Positions 37,176 to 49,300 of a DNA stretch of 64,000 nucleotides are shown in pieces; positions within the stretch are counted from its first letter, which is position 1, and each line of letters starts with the position of its first letter. A program made the position numbers and the translations under genes. The notes under the pieces were generated by a model. The model saw only the letters and a program-made list of their open reading frames with translations. It ran no database searches and had not been told where the DNA came from. This DNA is from Trichoplax adhaerens (Eukaryota > Animalia > Placozoa). The stretch lies in the NCBI RefSeq assembly GCF_000150275.1, contig NW_002060947.1, positions 1,481,199 to 1,545,198 of the forward strand, given 5' to 3'.

Positions 37176-40100
37176 CAACAGCGGACACGCTACCTGCTCG
37201 GAATCAAAACGAATGTCGCCAATGAAACGATGATTGATATCCATTGTAGTGACATTATTTTTGAGTGAAATTCCTACTCCATGGCAGTATTCCGGGTTAC
37301 GTGATGGTGACATCCTTTTTGCTCGTGAATGCTATACAATCATGCTCAAAAGTCATCATTCGTAATGAATTAGACGCAGCAAGAGAGAGATTTATTTTGT
37401 TTTATTTTCACTTTTTTTGAACGATTTTTCAAATAAATCATCTTCTAGAAGAAGAAATGATACACTAATACAAGTATTTTTTTCCTTTAGGCCAGTATAC
37501 ACTGCTGTAATACTCTTACTATACATCCAACAGTCCCGCGTTGTCACAGTCGCCGATCCAAGCAAAACCCATGTCACTACCCTATGGCTACAGTACAAAG
37601 TCATGGCTGCCTCGCAACGTACGCCAGCGCAACCCTTTATTGACTCTGGTGACTCATGTCGGTCTTGCAGCAAAGGAAATGGGATGGTCGCGTCCTTTTT
37701 CACAATTTGTCTAACTTATTAGGCGTTAATGACGAAAACGCTATACAAATGTTCTTTTATACACAAGAATTATTCATCGCCGGAATCAACAATGCATTCC
37801 TATCTGTCAATTTGCCATGAAAACTGCAGTGGAGATTACGCTATGGATAATCTTTTTCATGGTTGATATCGAGCACACCGCACAAGCTCCGAGAGAGTCG
37901 TCGAAAAGTATCGACAATTGAATGCGACAGATCCGTCCATGATGAAAAATAGCTTTGACATTTTACTATCTAGCTCTCGCTAGTGGGATAGAAATCATAA
38001 CGACTGAAGAAGATGGAAGATATAAAATTCCGATAGTAGAGATTACGTATACCGGTAAAGAATTGAAAAACATTAATGTCAATGGATGAGGTATCCAATC
38101 CAGCAGGCCTGTCAAGTCCTGATACACTATTAACTGATGAGGGCATGGTCATAATCAGATATAAATGTCCTGATCGGTTAGCATAGACTATAATGAATAG
38201 GGGACATCTTCGTCGTTTTTCCTTCAAATCGATTTATAAGAGTAGATCAGAAATAATGACAGTAATTGACCTTCAAAACATAGACTGGATTGTGTCTATA
38301 CATGACTACGCTAAATACGCGTACAAATGACATGTGAAACAGGCCAATGACTCATAATGGATTAATAATTGTAAAAATAGTATCTTGTCTACTATACATG
38401 ACAATCGTATGAGCATGGTAAACATTTCATTAAAGTTAAATTAAAATCATTATTATCACGCTATCTATCACAATCTACTATTCCCGTTTAGAAATGATAG
38501 TACAGTATAATAGAACTATCATGAGCATAGAAAAAGTCTGTGGATTATATCGAAAGGATACTTTGTGTAGAGTGAAAGTTATTTTATATAGAGCTAAATT
38601 ATTTGCAGATGATAATTGTTCATCCAGTACAACGGCAACATCAATCGATACATAGGAACCACTGCCAAAACTATTCATAAACATTTTATTAAATAGAAAG
38701 AAAAGTTTATCCATAAAATACAATGCTATGAATAAAATACAGTACACAGCATCCGTATTGATTCTATTTCTTAAAATGACTCATCCTAAAGAATCGACGA
38801 GGTACCTTTCCATTACAACATACCAATCTTAGTGTTTAGCCAATTATACCAAAAACAGCAGTATAAGTATACTCAATTGGTACATAGGAAATGGTAGGTT
38901 AGCTACTCATCAAATTTATCTTATGCCTAATAGGAAATAACTTTAGATTGTTAAGGAGAATTAATCATATCATCTTGAACCGATGAATTCACATTCAATC
39001 GCAAGAGCTACAGCATTATCTTGTTTCTAGTAGAATATTAATATCATCCAAATTAAAATTTTCCTTCATAAATGCAAAATCAATTAAAGCCTACAATTAC
39101 CATATGCAAGATACCAGAAATAGTATTACTCACTTTATTTCAATACAATAACCTAATAATAACAATCTATTCTTCATTAATGCAACATGATAATTCTATT
39201 AATATCCTTTCAATGTCTACCATATGTTGGCGAGGTGTAACTAAAGCGATTAATACATTTCAATACTTTACTATTCAATGGTAGAGTTGAAGAGTAGAAC
39301 TTCAAAGATACCCTTATTTGCAATAGATCAGTATTATAATAGAAATAGAATAGTTCCATTATAATTCGACTACAACAGTTGGAAAATGTATAATTACGTA
39401 CAAGGTAAGTATTGGACTTGCCGGCATTAAAAGGCACTACAACTTTTATTTAAAGAAATTAGCCATGGATAATGCATGACAACTATAGAATATTTAAATT
39501 GTTTAAATTGGCTATTTACAACTATGATATCATAAGATAATAATAACGTACCGGTGTAATAGGCCAAAGTATATCCCCAAGCCCAGACTATCCCCGGGTT
39601 TAATCTAGAAGTACATGTATCAAGCAATAATAAAGTTTGAGGGAAATTCTTTACATACCATAAAAAATTTTATTAAAGGTTAGAAATTATGGATATTGTT
39701 TGATTCCTAAGCGAAGAAGAAGCTTCAAACTAAATCAGAAACATTTTGCAGGGATAGCGCAGCAAATAAATATACAATTTATATCGTTAGTTACAAGGGC
39801 ATATTATAGTTTAAAACAAAGTCATGTTTGATTACCAGATTGATATCCTGTTATCTGTAAAAATTGGCCATAAATCATAGCTTCATATCTTTTTTTGAGA
39901 GACAATAGTTCAAATTTTAAATTGAAAATACTAATTAATATTGACAAAAAATTTTTACCACTTAATAAGGAGAGACTAAGTTACTCGTGTTTATTAAAGA
40001 AATTTACACTGCATCAATTTTGTCCATATTATAGTCTAAGCAAGAAATATTATCACAATGTGAGATTATAAACTTAAATACAGAACGCCTATTTTTTTAG

Positions 40101-40299
40101 CGATCAATAACAGCACTTTGAAGGCACAAGACAAATTGAGATTGCTACTGCAAATGTGATTTAAGGCCTGTAGCATATATTTTACACAAAACATGCTGTT
40201 TTAAGTAAACAAAGGAATCCCACCCTTCCTAGGAATGAATATTACCAAATTTTTATTTATAGCGCCATTGGCAAGTATTGACATGCTGTTGTAATGACA

Positions 40300-41800
40300 T
40301 ATTATTTAAATGTAACACTGTAATTTATTATTATATTGCGACATTATAGTATACTGTACAAGTAGATATATATATACAATTACGTGTACATTCCCAGTAA
40401 ATTATTTAAATACAACACTGTAATTTATTATTATAGTAGACCTTTATACTATAGGAGTAGATATATTATACAATTACCTGTACACTGCCGGTAAACATAG
40501 TAGTGATTTTTATCCCGAAAATAAGGGCATGAGTGTTGAGTCAAGATTTATTTTTATTTACCGAACAGTTATCTTGCTGAGTACTGTAGCTATTGTTGAC
40601 AGTAGACTTAGGTGCAGTGATAACCTCTTTTCTATTTCTGAGACTAAGGGATGAATAGAAAGTAAAGATTTCCGTATGTTGCAATACTTTAATTTTTTCC
40701 ATATTTTATGATTATGCAAATATGCCAAAAGATTTGTAGTCTACAAAATGTACGTATTTCTGGTTGGTGCAGTAGTAACTTTTGCTTCAATCTTGCAAAT
40801 AAGGGCGTGAGCATGAAATGGAAATTTTTCCGTAAGCGGCAATACTTTGGTTTTTTCATATTTTATCTACCGTAGGATATTCTATGATTATGTGATATCA
40901 GTTCGTATTGCCTTTATACGAATAGATTTGTATAAAATTATATACTGTACTGTAAGTATAGTGCGCGCAAACATTAATGATAGGTGTGGTAGCGATCTCC
41001 GCAATTGTCTTGAGGATAAAGGCATGAGTATAAAGTGGAGATTTCTTATATGCTACAAATCTTTAAATTTTTATTCATGTTATATCACTGTAATCATGAT
41101 TGTACTATCTCTATAAGTATCTTAAAAATAAAGGAATAGGTATAAAGTGGAGATTTCTTATATGAGGCAATTCTTTAATTTTTTATTATTCCTATATTCT
41201 GTGAGTATGCAAGTATAAAGTGGAGATTTTCTGTATCCTACGATACTTTAATTTTTTTATATTTTTATACTCGTATTGAATGATTATATAATTGCACGAG
41301 AGCATTTATTGTATACCATGCAACTAAAAATTACCGGTAGTTACGGTTGTGGCCTTTCTTCTTATCCCAAGAATAAGGGGATGAATATAAATGAAGATTT
41401 GCTTTACTCGGCAAATTTCAATTTTTCCATATTTACTATAATGACTACAGTATACTGTTACCTATGCATTATAATAATATATATATATACATAATATACG
41501 TACGTAAACGGTACTAATATATTATTACTAGCTATATTAGCGATCCTCGTTATGATCTGGAGGATAAGGGCATGAGTATAAAGTAGGATTTCCACGATAA
41601 AGCAACACTTTAATTTTCATATATAAATTTATTAATTACTGGTATCAATCATTTCATGATTACACATAAGATTGTATGAGGAGATCTACACAATATCCAA
41701 TTAGTGACCTTAGTCCATATCAGACTACAGTACGTGTATGGCCACAAGTGTAAAGTGAAGATTTCCTGCGTATTCCTATACTTTAATTTTTTTATATTTT
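40300..41800. repeat. Degenerate tandem arrays upstream of ZUP1 (2 x ~100 bp, then ~9 copies of a variably spaced unit)
   Basis: Recurring 'ataagggcatgagtataaagtggagatttc...atactttaattttt..catattt' near 40520, 40645, 40800, 41015, 41130, 41212, 41372, 41563 and 41750. Confidence 0.75.
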
Positions 41801-42055
41801 ATTCAGGGTTGATTGAAATAATGAATTATAAATGAAGCCATGCTGAGATCTAGGATTACTGAAGATATAGCCGACAATTGACCATGACCTTACTATGCGC
41901 TGTATAACAGCCCATGTAATACTGAAAGTATCATACTGTACTACTATACCATAAGTAGATCACAGCATAGTACTCTACTTTATAATTAGCTGTACAGTAT
42001 ATGATTTAGCCGCCAAACATTGACAGGCTTCTACAGTACCGCTATAAATCCACTT

Positions 42056-45000
42056 ATGGCCAGTAAAATGTCCGAGAAATTTTTATGCCCCATTTGCAAT
42101 ATGGAAAGCACTAAAATCGAGGATTTAAATCAACATCTAGATTCCGTCCATGCTCAAGACAGCGAAGAGAAGAATCGACATGGCAAAAAAATAAGAATGG
42201 ATTATGACGGTAGTTTAAACTATCTTAATTACTCCTAAAGATAAAACACATTAATTCTTTTCAAGGTGTAGATTGATTGTATAGTATTCTCTAGCAGAAG
42301 TCATTCACTTTTAACTAATGCTTAAAATTGGTTCCAACTTATTTTCTGTCATACCCCATTTCAGAGCAATACACTCTTTGTCCAAGAAGCGAATGTGGCA
42401 TAGCAGGTACGTAAAATAGCAATGGATGCCGATAATTAATCTTTCCTCTTGCCTATTTGCAATAGTCAATTATAAAAATAATAATCTACTACAGCAATAT
42501 TGTACCATCGTTATTGGAATCTCATTGTTTACAATTGTAAGTTATTCAGCAATAAGATGCTGATGATAGCTCGGCATGATTTAATAGTTTATCAAATAGC
42601 TCTAGAATTGTCTATAGTAGTCGATACTAGGCTTGGCTACTTCTAAATGTTATCGCGATAATAGCAATGCCGATAATCTTTTCTCATGCTGATTTGCAAG
42701 AGTCATTCATAAAAATGATCTACTGTTTAATTGATCACCTTATGATCGTTACCTCAATGACATTATTAGTAAGCTATACAGCCATAAGATGTTAATGAGA
42801 ACTCAACATGATGTAATAGTTCACCAAATGGTGATATAATTGTCTGTAGTAGTCGATACTAGACATGGCTACCCTGACATTTTATTACGACAATAATAAT
42901 GCCTATAATCTTTCCTCATGCCTATTTACAATAGTCACTCGTAAAATAAATCACTTTTCTCTCGTTGTCTGAATGTCATTATTTATAAATGTAAGTCGTA
43001 TAGCTATAAGATGCGAATGATAACTTAACATAATGTAACAGTTCGTCAAATGGCGATATTGTTGTCTTTAGTAGTCGATACTAGGCATGGCTGCTCAAAA
43101 ATTTTATCATGTGTGGAGGTTATTCTGCCTCGATGATAATTTTGATTTATATTGTAGTCGCTCTAACAGAATACGAAGATCACCTACTAGCTCATTCTTT
43201 ACAAGATAGTGATATTCAGGTACTGAATATTCTTTATCGCTGATATAGGAGCTATGCACTCATTGTAAAAGGCAAACTTTCTCACTCGTGGCCTGTAAAT
43301 CATCGATACTATTTGTAACGAAAGAGCATATAGCCTATAACTCTCTCTATATATAATTAGCGTTAAAACTGCCTTTTGCAAAATAGTCTTCAAGTAGGAA
43401 ACAATCTGACGAAGGATATTACAAGCAAGGTGTGCGGTTCTTAGAGAAAATGGTGGATAGCAATCGTATGCAAGTTGGAGAATATCTTAAACAGAAGGCA
43501 CGATTGTTAGAATCTACTAAGGGTGGCATTGATGATAATAAAACTCGGACATGTGGTAAGATGATTATCCATTTCAAACATCTTCTGTATAAGTCTTTGA
43601 TTAGTATAACTCCTTACGAAGCATTATAGTCCTAGCTACAGTACTAACAAAGATAAAGCTACGTATCTTTCAGCGATTGAGTTAATTAATTTATACCTAG
43701 CGCTGTAATTTTAGAAATGCAAGGTAAAAAGGATTCATCTGAAGTGAATCTTGGAATAACGAAATGTCGACTATTTATAATTCTCATTTTTCATTTAACC
43801 TAATCTATTCGTATATTTATTTTCAGAATTGTATTGAGAGTCTAAATTTTGCCTTTTTTAGGCATTATTGAATATTTACGTAACTTTTATTCCAACGATG
43901 GTAAAAAAGAAGTAATCTTATGCTTACCAGTTGATCATTTCTCATCAAATTATGCTGACTTCGGATGGGGTTGTGGCTATCGTAATATTCAAATGTTACT
44001 TTCGTGCCTAATGGGATGTTCTCAATATAAATCAGTGCTTTTTAGTGGTGAGCAACTTATGTTAATCAATCTCCCCATTTCGCATATTTTAATAAGATAA
44101 AGACTAGACCATTAATATCCTATTTAAATTACTGTTATAGTCAAAGTGCATTTATTAATCTTTACATATCGTATACCCTGTTACTACTTAGAAATCCCTT
44201 CCGTAACTGAATTGCAGTCATACATTGAGAGAGCCTGGAAGAAAGGTTATCATTATTAATCCAAAATTAAACGTGTTTATGTAACTATAAGTAATTCCAT
44301 AAATGCTTGTCAAGTCTTCCTTATTCATTCGACTACTCTGTACGTGATTAGGCTTTGATGTTGAAGGCGCATCGCAGTTGGGTAATTGTCTTCATAATAC
44401 AAAAAAATGGATAGGAGCAACTGAAATTGCCTCATTATTTTTATCAAAACATGTTTGGTAATCTGGATTTAATCTCAAATATAGATCAAAACTGTCATAT
44501 CAGCATTAAGTGGATTATTGTACGTTCCTATTATTATAAGGTGTAAACTGGTAGATTTCTCAAAAGCTTCCGACGATGGAACTCATCCAAAACTGTTTCA
44601 GTGGGTATCAGATTATTTTAAGGGATTAAAAACGACTCATCATCAGTCCTCGGCAATGCCATCTTTAACATTTCCACCGTTATATTTACAGCATGATGGT
44701 AAGCAGTCTATTTGTTCCTATAATTGCTCTTCTACTGTATACATATACATTGCAGTTTAATTACTTTCGTAATAACAACTTATAGGTCACAGTAGACTAA
44801 TTATTGGAATAGAACATGACCATCATAGAAAGTTGAATGCACTATTAATCTTTGATCCATCTGTCAAGCCTTCCAAAATGCGCAACATTATGAATGTGGA
44901 AACCCGGCAAGCACTAGGACATATTTCAATTTTACGATTTCAGTTATCGAGATTGAAAGCAAAGCAATACCAGATAGCGTTTATCGATGGTATCATCAAC

Positions 45001-45144
45001 AATCAAGATATCGAAGTGAGAAAATAGCGATTAGCAATGCTAATTCTTATCATATTTTATGGTGCAAGATACCTAATAAGATTATTACTTCATGTTTTAT
45101 TTCGACAGAAAGCTAAAGTTATCAAGTCCATTTTGGAGACATAA
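42056..45144 (+). CDS. ZUP1: ZUFSP/ZUP1 family deubiquitinase (peptidase C78), ~10 exons
   Basis: N-terminal C2H2 finger (CPIC...HLDSVH); DFGWGCGYRNIQMLLS (catalytic Cys); LQSYIERAWKK-GFD; KKWIGATE; PPLYLQHD-GHS (His); LIFDP (Asp); stop at 45142-45144. Confidence 0.93.
42415..43105. repeat. 3 x ~235 bp degenerate tandem array filling ZUP1 intron 2
   Basis: 'atgcc.ataat...tcttt.ctc.tgc..attt' and 'tagtagtcgatactag' each occur three times (the latter at ~42616, 42847 and 43068). Confidence 0.85.
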
Positions 45145-46380
45145 ATTTACTAATGTATAAATTTTTAACGTTGAATGTAATTCAGAGTGATTGTCGCTGT
45201 AATTTATTCTCCCTAAAATCCTCTTTCTGTATATATTTTACTGTCATCAGCAAGGTTATGCTGACAGCATGTATTTATCGCTGTTATTCTTCTGTAAGAA
45301 GATTCTAGGTATAATCTTTAATGCAGTATCATTCATGATTTGAAACTATCTTTACCTTATTTTCGCTAAACTGTGTTTTCAGAAAAACGAATACAGCAAT
45401 GGCCAAATAATGTTACCATTATTTTATTTATAGGAGTAGAATCAGATACAAAAATTATAAAATCTAAAACTCGAATTAATTGATTATTTATGCTCTGGTA
45501 TTAAAACAGGTATTTAAAATGAAAAATAAAACACTAATACCTTTAGTAGTAGCACTGCATACAGTAGTATCCATCTTTTGTAACGCGATTCATACAATCT
45601 TGCTTATCATAAATCAGTAGTGTTAAATCAATTTACTTATTGGTACATTGATATAGATAACATGCATGCAATAATCCTGCGCCAATACATACGAAGTTAT
45701 GTGAAGCTCTCTTCTATCTCTGATTTTATCTTAGTTGCTTACTCTGTCCTACTCAATATGTAACGAATATAGCAGATCGAATACCGTTATTTCAATAGAG
45801 TTACCAGATTTATATGTTGCCCTCAATTCTTATGTCGGTATCGATATCTAGCTATTCTATTCCATGGAAAATATCCTATACACAATCCTGCTACTCATTG
45901 CTTTGGGGTACCGTTTAATCACTAATAATAATAGAGCAATCATGCTCTTCTTTAGCGGCCATTAACATCCTTTGTGCGAGATTTATATAGCTAACATTGT
46001 TTCATATTGAACGTTCCGTATATGTGTAGATAGATTAAACTTATGATCACGATGATGACGAATGATGGCAACAATAAATTATAATAAATTATAATTGATA
46101 ATATTAAAATAACGCCTTCGCTCGTTAAATATATTCTTGAAAAGGTAAACACAATTTGCATTTTGTCAGTATTTTTACCATATGTTCTAATAATATTAAT
46201 ATAAAAACTGGAGAAATGATGACTCTACTTTGTTCTTAATTGGCTTCATATAGGAATTATAATAAAGGAGATCTAGCTACGTGAACATTCGTAACTTAAA
46301 GCTTTTATCATTTTAAATTAATTTGCTCTAAGACAACTCCATCTATCTGAGGTCTTGTGATAACAGTTAAATAGTAAAAG

Positions 46381-49300
46381 ATGAGGCCGATAAGGTTCTC
46401 TATTCTACTTTTCAGTCTTTTCTTTCTGTTAACACCACAGTCAGTTAATATGATTGAAATTAATGTTGGTAAGATTTTCTTTGAAAATGCTTCATTTTTT
46501 ATGTATACTAGTTTAGACTGTACTCATAAGCTTATGCCTGTGGGTTCTAAAATTTCTTGCTTAATACTGTTGATAAAAATATTATTTCGCCCTCGTTATT
46601 TTTAGTAAATCTATCAACAGATGTGTACTTATTCCATGATAGTATAAAATGTCTTTTCTTAAAACAACTTTTAAATTTTAGGTGGATTATTTCCGGATAA
46701 TATCCATAAAATGCAAGTTGAAATTGCTTTTGATTATGGTATTAAATATGTCAACGAAAAAATTCTTAAGCCTTACAATATCGTATTAAATGGAATCAAA
46801 AACTATTCCAAACCCCTCGATTTACTTTCAGCTACTAACCAAGGTAACACACAGCTATTCTGGTCTATTTTTTAGGATTTATAATGTGAATTAATACTGT
46901 ATCAAACTTCATCTTAGCCTGCTGGCAAATTACGAACGGAGCAGTAGCAATATTTGGACCATTTTATTCTAACTTAAACCAAGCTATCGGACTATACTGT
47001 ACCGACTTGGGAAATGGAGTAACTCATTTTCAAGCATCAGACGATCATCAGTCTCATCATTTGGATTCAGATAAATCATTCAAAATGCATCCATCGCATT
47101 CAGACTTGAATAAAATTGCTTTGCAAGCTATTGAATTTCTGTCATGGAAAAAAATATCTATTATTTATGATGGTAAGATATTAATACCTAAGACATCAAT
47201 GTTGTACTGTAATAGCCTAAACGATGTTGCTACTTTTTATCTGTCTAATTAAGTTTCTTCGTTCTATCATTTAGTACGATAAAGCTCGAGTACATAGCAG
47301 AATTATGTAATTTTACTTCAAGTTATTGAATGCCTAGTTTAAAATATATCGGAAAATGATAATTAGTGTGCCTTGAGCACTATACCATATTGCAGTATTC
47401 AGTACGGCTTTCAGATATTATTTTATCGTCCTTAATAGAATACTTATTGGATTTTATCCTCATTGAGTTAATAAACATTCAAATACCATATACGATGATA
47501 CCTTTAAAACTTGCTTAACTCATGACAAGATATGTGCTAACTCATTCCAAATGGCCACAAAGGATAGACGAGAAAATTTTACTAGTAATTGCAATATTTG
47601 ATTACAATAATAGTCCCTACCGCATTTTTTAGCGGAACGATATTTGATTTTAAATAGTACGCATTAATTTTAACTTTGCTAATCCATGATCACGATATCA
47701 TGATTCTATATTGGACTTGTATTTTCACTGAATAGCTAACTAGGAACATTTACGCCTCATAACTATAGAACATATGATAATCTATTTATTCCACGTAAGA
47801 ATAACTTTCGTCTCGAAAAGGTAGATTTATTTTGGTACAGATATAATAATAATTACAGAGTTTAATACCACGAATTGGCCAGATATTCAGAAACTTTATT
47901 CATACCCTAAATCGATCATTAAGATTTCTTCAAATCTGTTCATTCCATTTTCATGACACTAAGATTGCTATAACTGTAATATAAGCTGATGAAAATGATA
48001 ATCCCTGATCAAACAAAAATGTAATGTATCTAAACTAATTATAATTATTAGTAATCTTACATTAATTTTATGCTTAGAGTGTCTTAACATTGCCTGTTCT
48101 TTTTCTATAGATTTTGATCATATTGAGCATTTGGTGCTGACTGCAAATTTAAATCGAATACATATTACTAGTCATCGATTAAAATATCGATCTAATTTCG
48201 ATGAAATGCTAGCAGATGCAGTTTATATTATGAACCAGATTAAAACTTATCGTCATTATAGTATTTTTATATCGTGTCAAGATGATTGCTTAATTGCTAC
48301 CCTTCTTGCTGTAAGTAAAACTGTGGCTTGATGATTTGATCGTCTTTGATAGTAAACAATCGAATGATTTGATTTTATATTACAATAAGGCTAAAAAAAC
48401 TGGACTCCTATCAGCAAAATACGATTACTTAACCACGAACTTGGTATAGATTTAATACCTTGAATTCAAGCTTACACTTGTATGCTAAATTAATAATTTA
48501 ATATAACAATTTTCCTTTAGGATACTAAAAAAATTGTAAAAGAATTAGCACTGCATAGCTTGGGTCTTGGAAACATTAAGAATATTATTGTAAGCTATCT
48601 TGATGCTTTACCTGATAGAAAAGTCACTGAAAATCAAATTTTAGAATTATGGAATACCACAAATGAAGCTAATAATTCGACTGCAAGAGTTCCTTTTGGC
48701 CTTCGGGTGGGTTTTAAGTATATTTGATGCACTAATGCTTTTGTAGCACTTCAAACAGAAAATTTATAGAAATAATCGATAGGATTATATTAAAATGTAA
48801 CTGTAGATATTGAAAGATTTTTCCTGTTATGATAATCGCTGAAATTTTACTTTTGGCTGTGATCTATTACACTAATTATAAAGCTTTAAATGACTCAATA
48901 ACTTTCAAAGATAGCGCAATAAAGGCTTAACCTAATTTAAGATTTCTATATTTTACTTGCTATTATAATTTAATTTCACTCGATTGGCAATAGTATCTAA
49001 TCCATGCATCATTTTATTCATAATTTTAACGGAATCATGCTAGCTGGATGCTATGCTAGCATTTGATGGAATATTAACGCTAAGTAAAGCTCTTATTGAG
49101 GTGGCTAATGATACCAGTTTTCTTGATGCACTGGAATCAAGACCTACTACTTGTGAGAAGTACGGTATGCAAGCAAATTGGACAGGTTATGCAACCTTAA
49201 TTGAGTCTATACAAAAGGTATGATTTATAAAAGCGAAGTATACTCGGTTCCATTAAGAAATTGACAGCTGAAGTAGCGCGAAAAATCTGATTATTATGTC

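Noticed and set aside
37392-38227. ORFs of 85-103 aa upstream of afadin
   Set aside because: They have non-ATG starts, overlap on both strands and show no family motifs; regulatory DNA is more likely.
40500-41800. CRISPR-like repeat-spacer appearance
   Set aside because: The repeats are highly degenerate with irregular spacing, the context is eukaryotic, and there are no cas genes.
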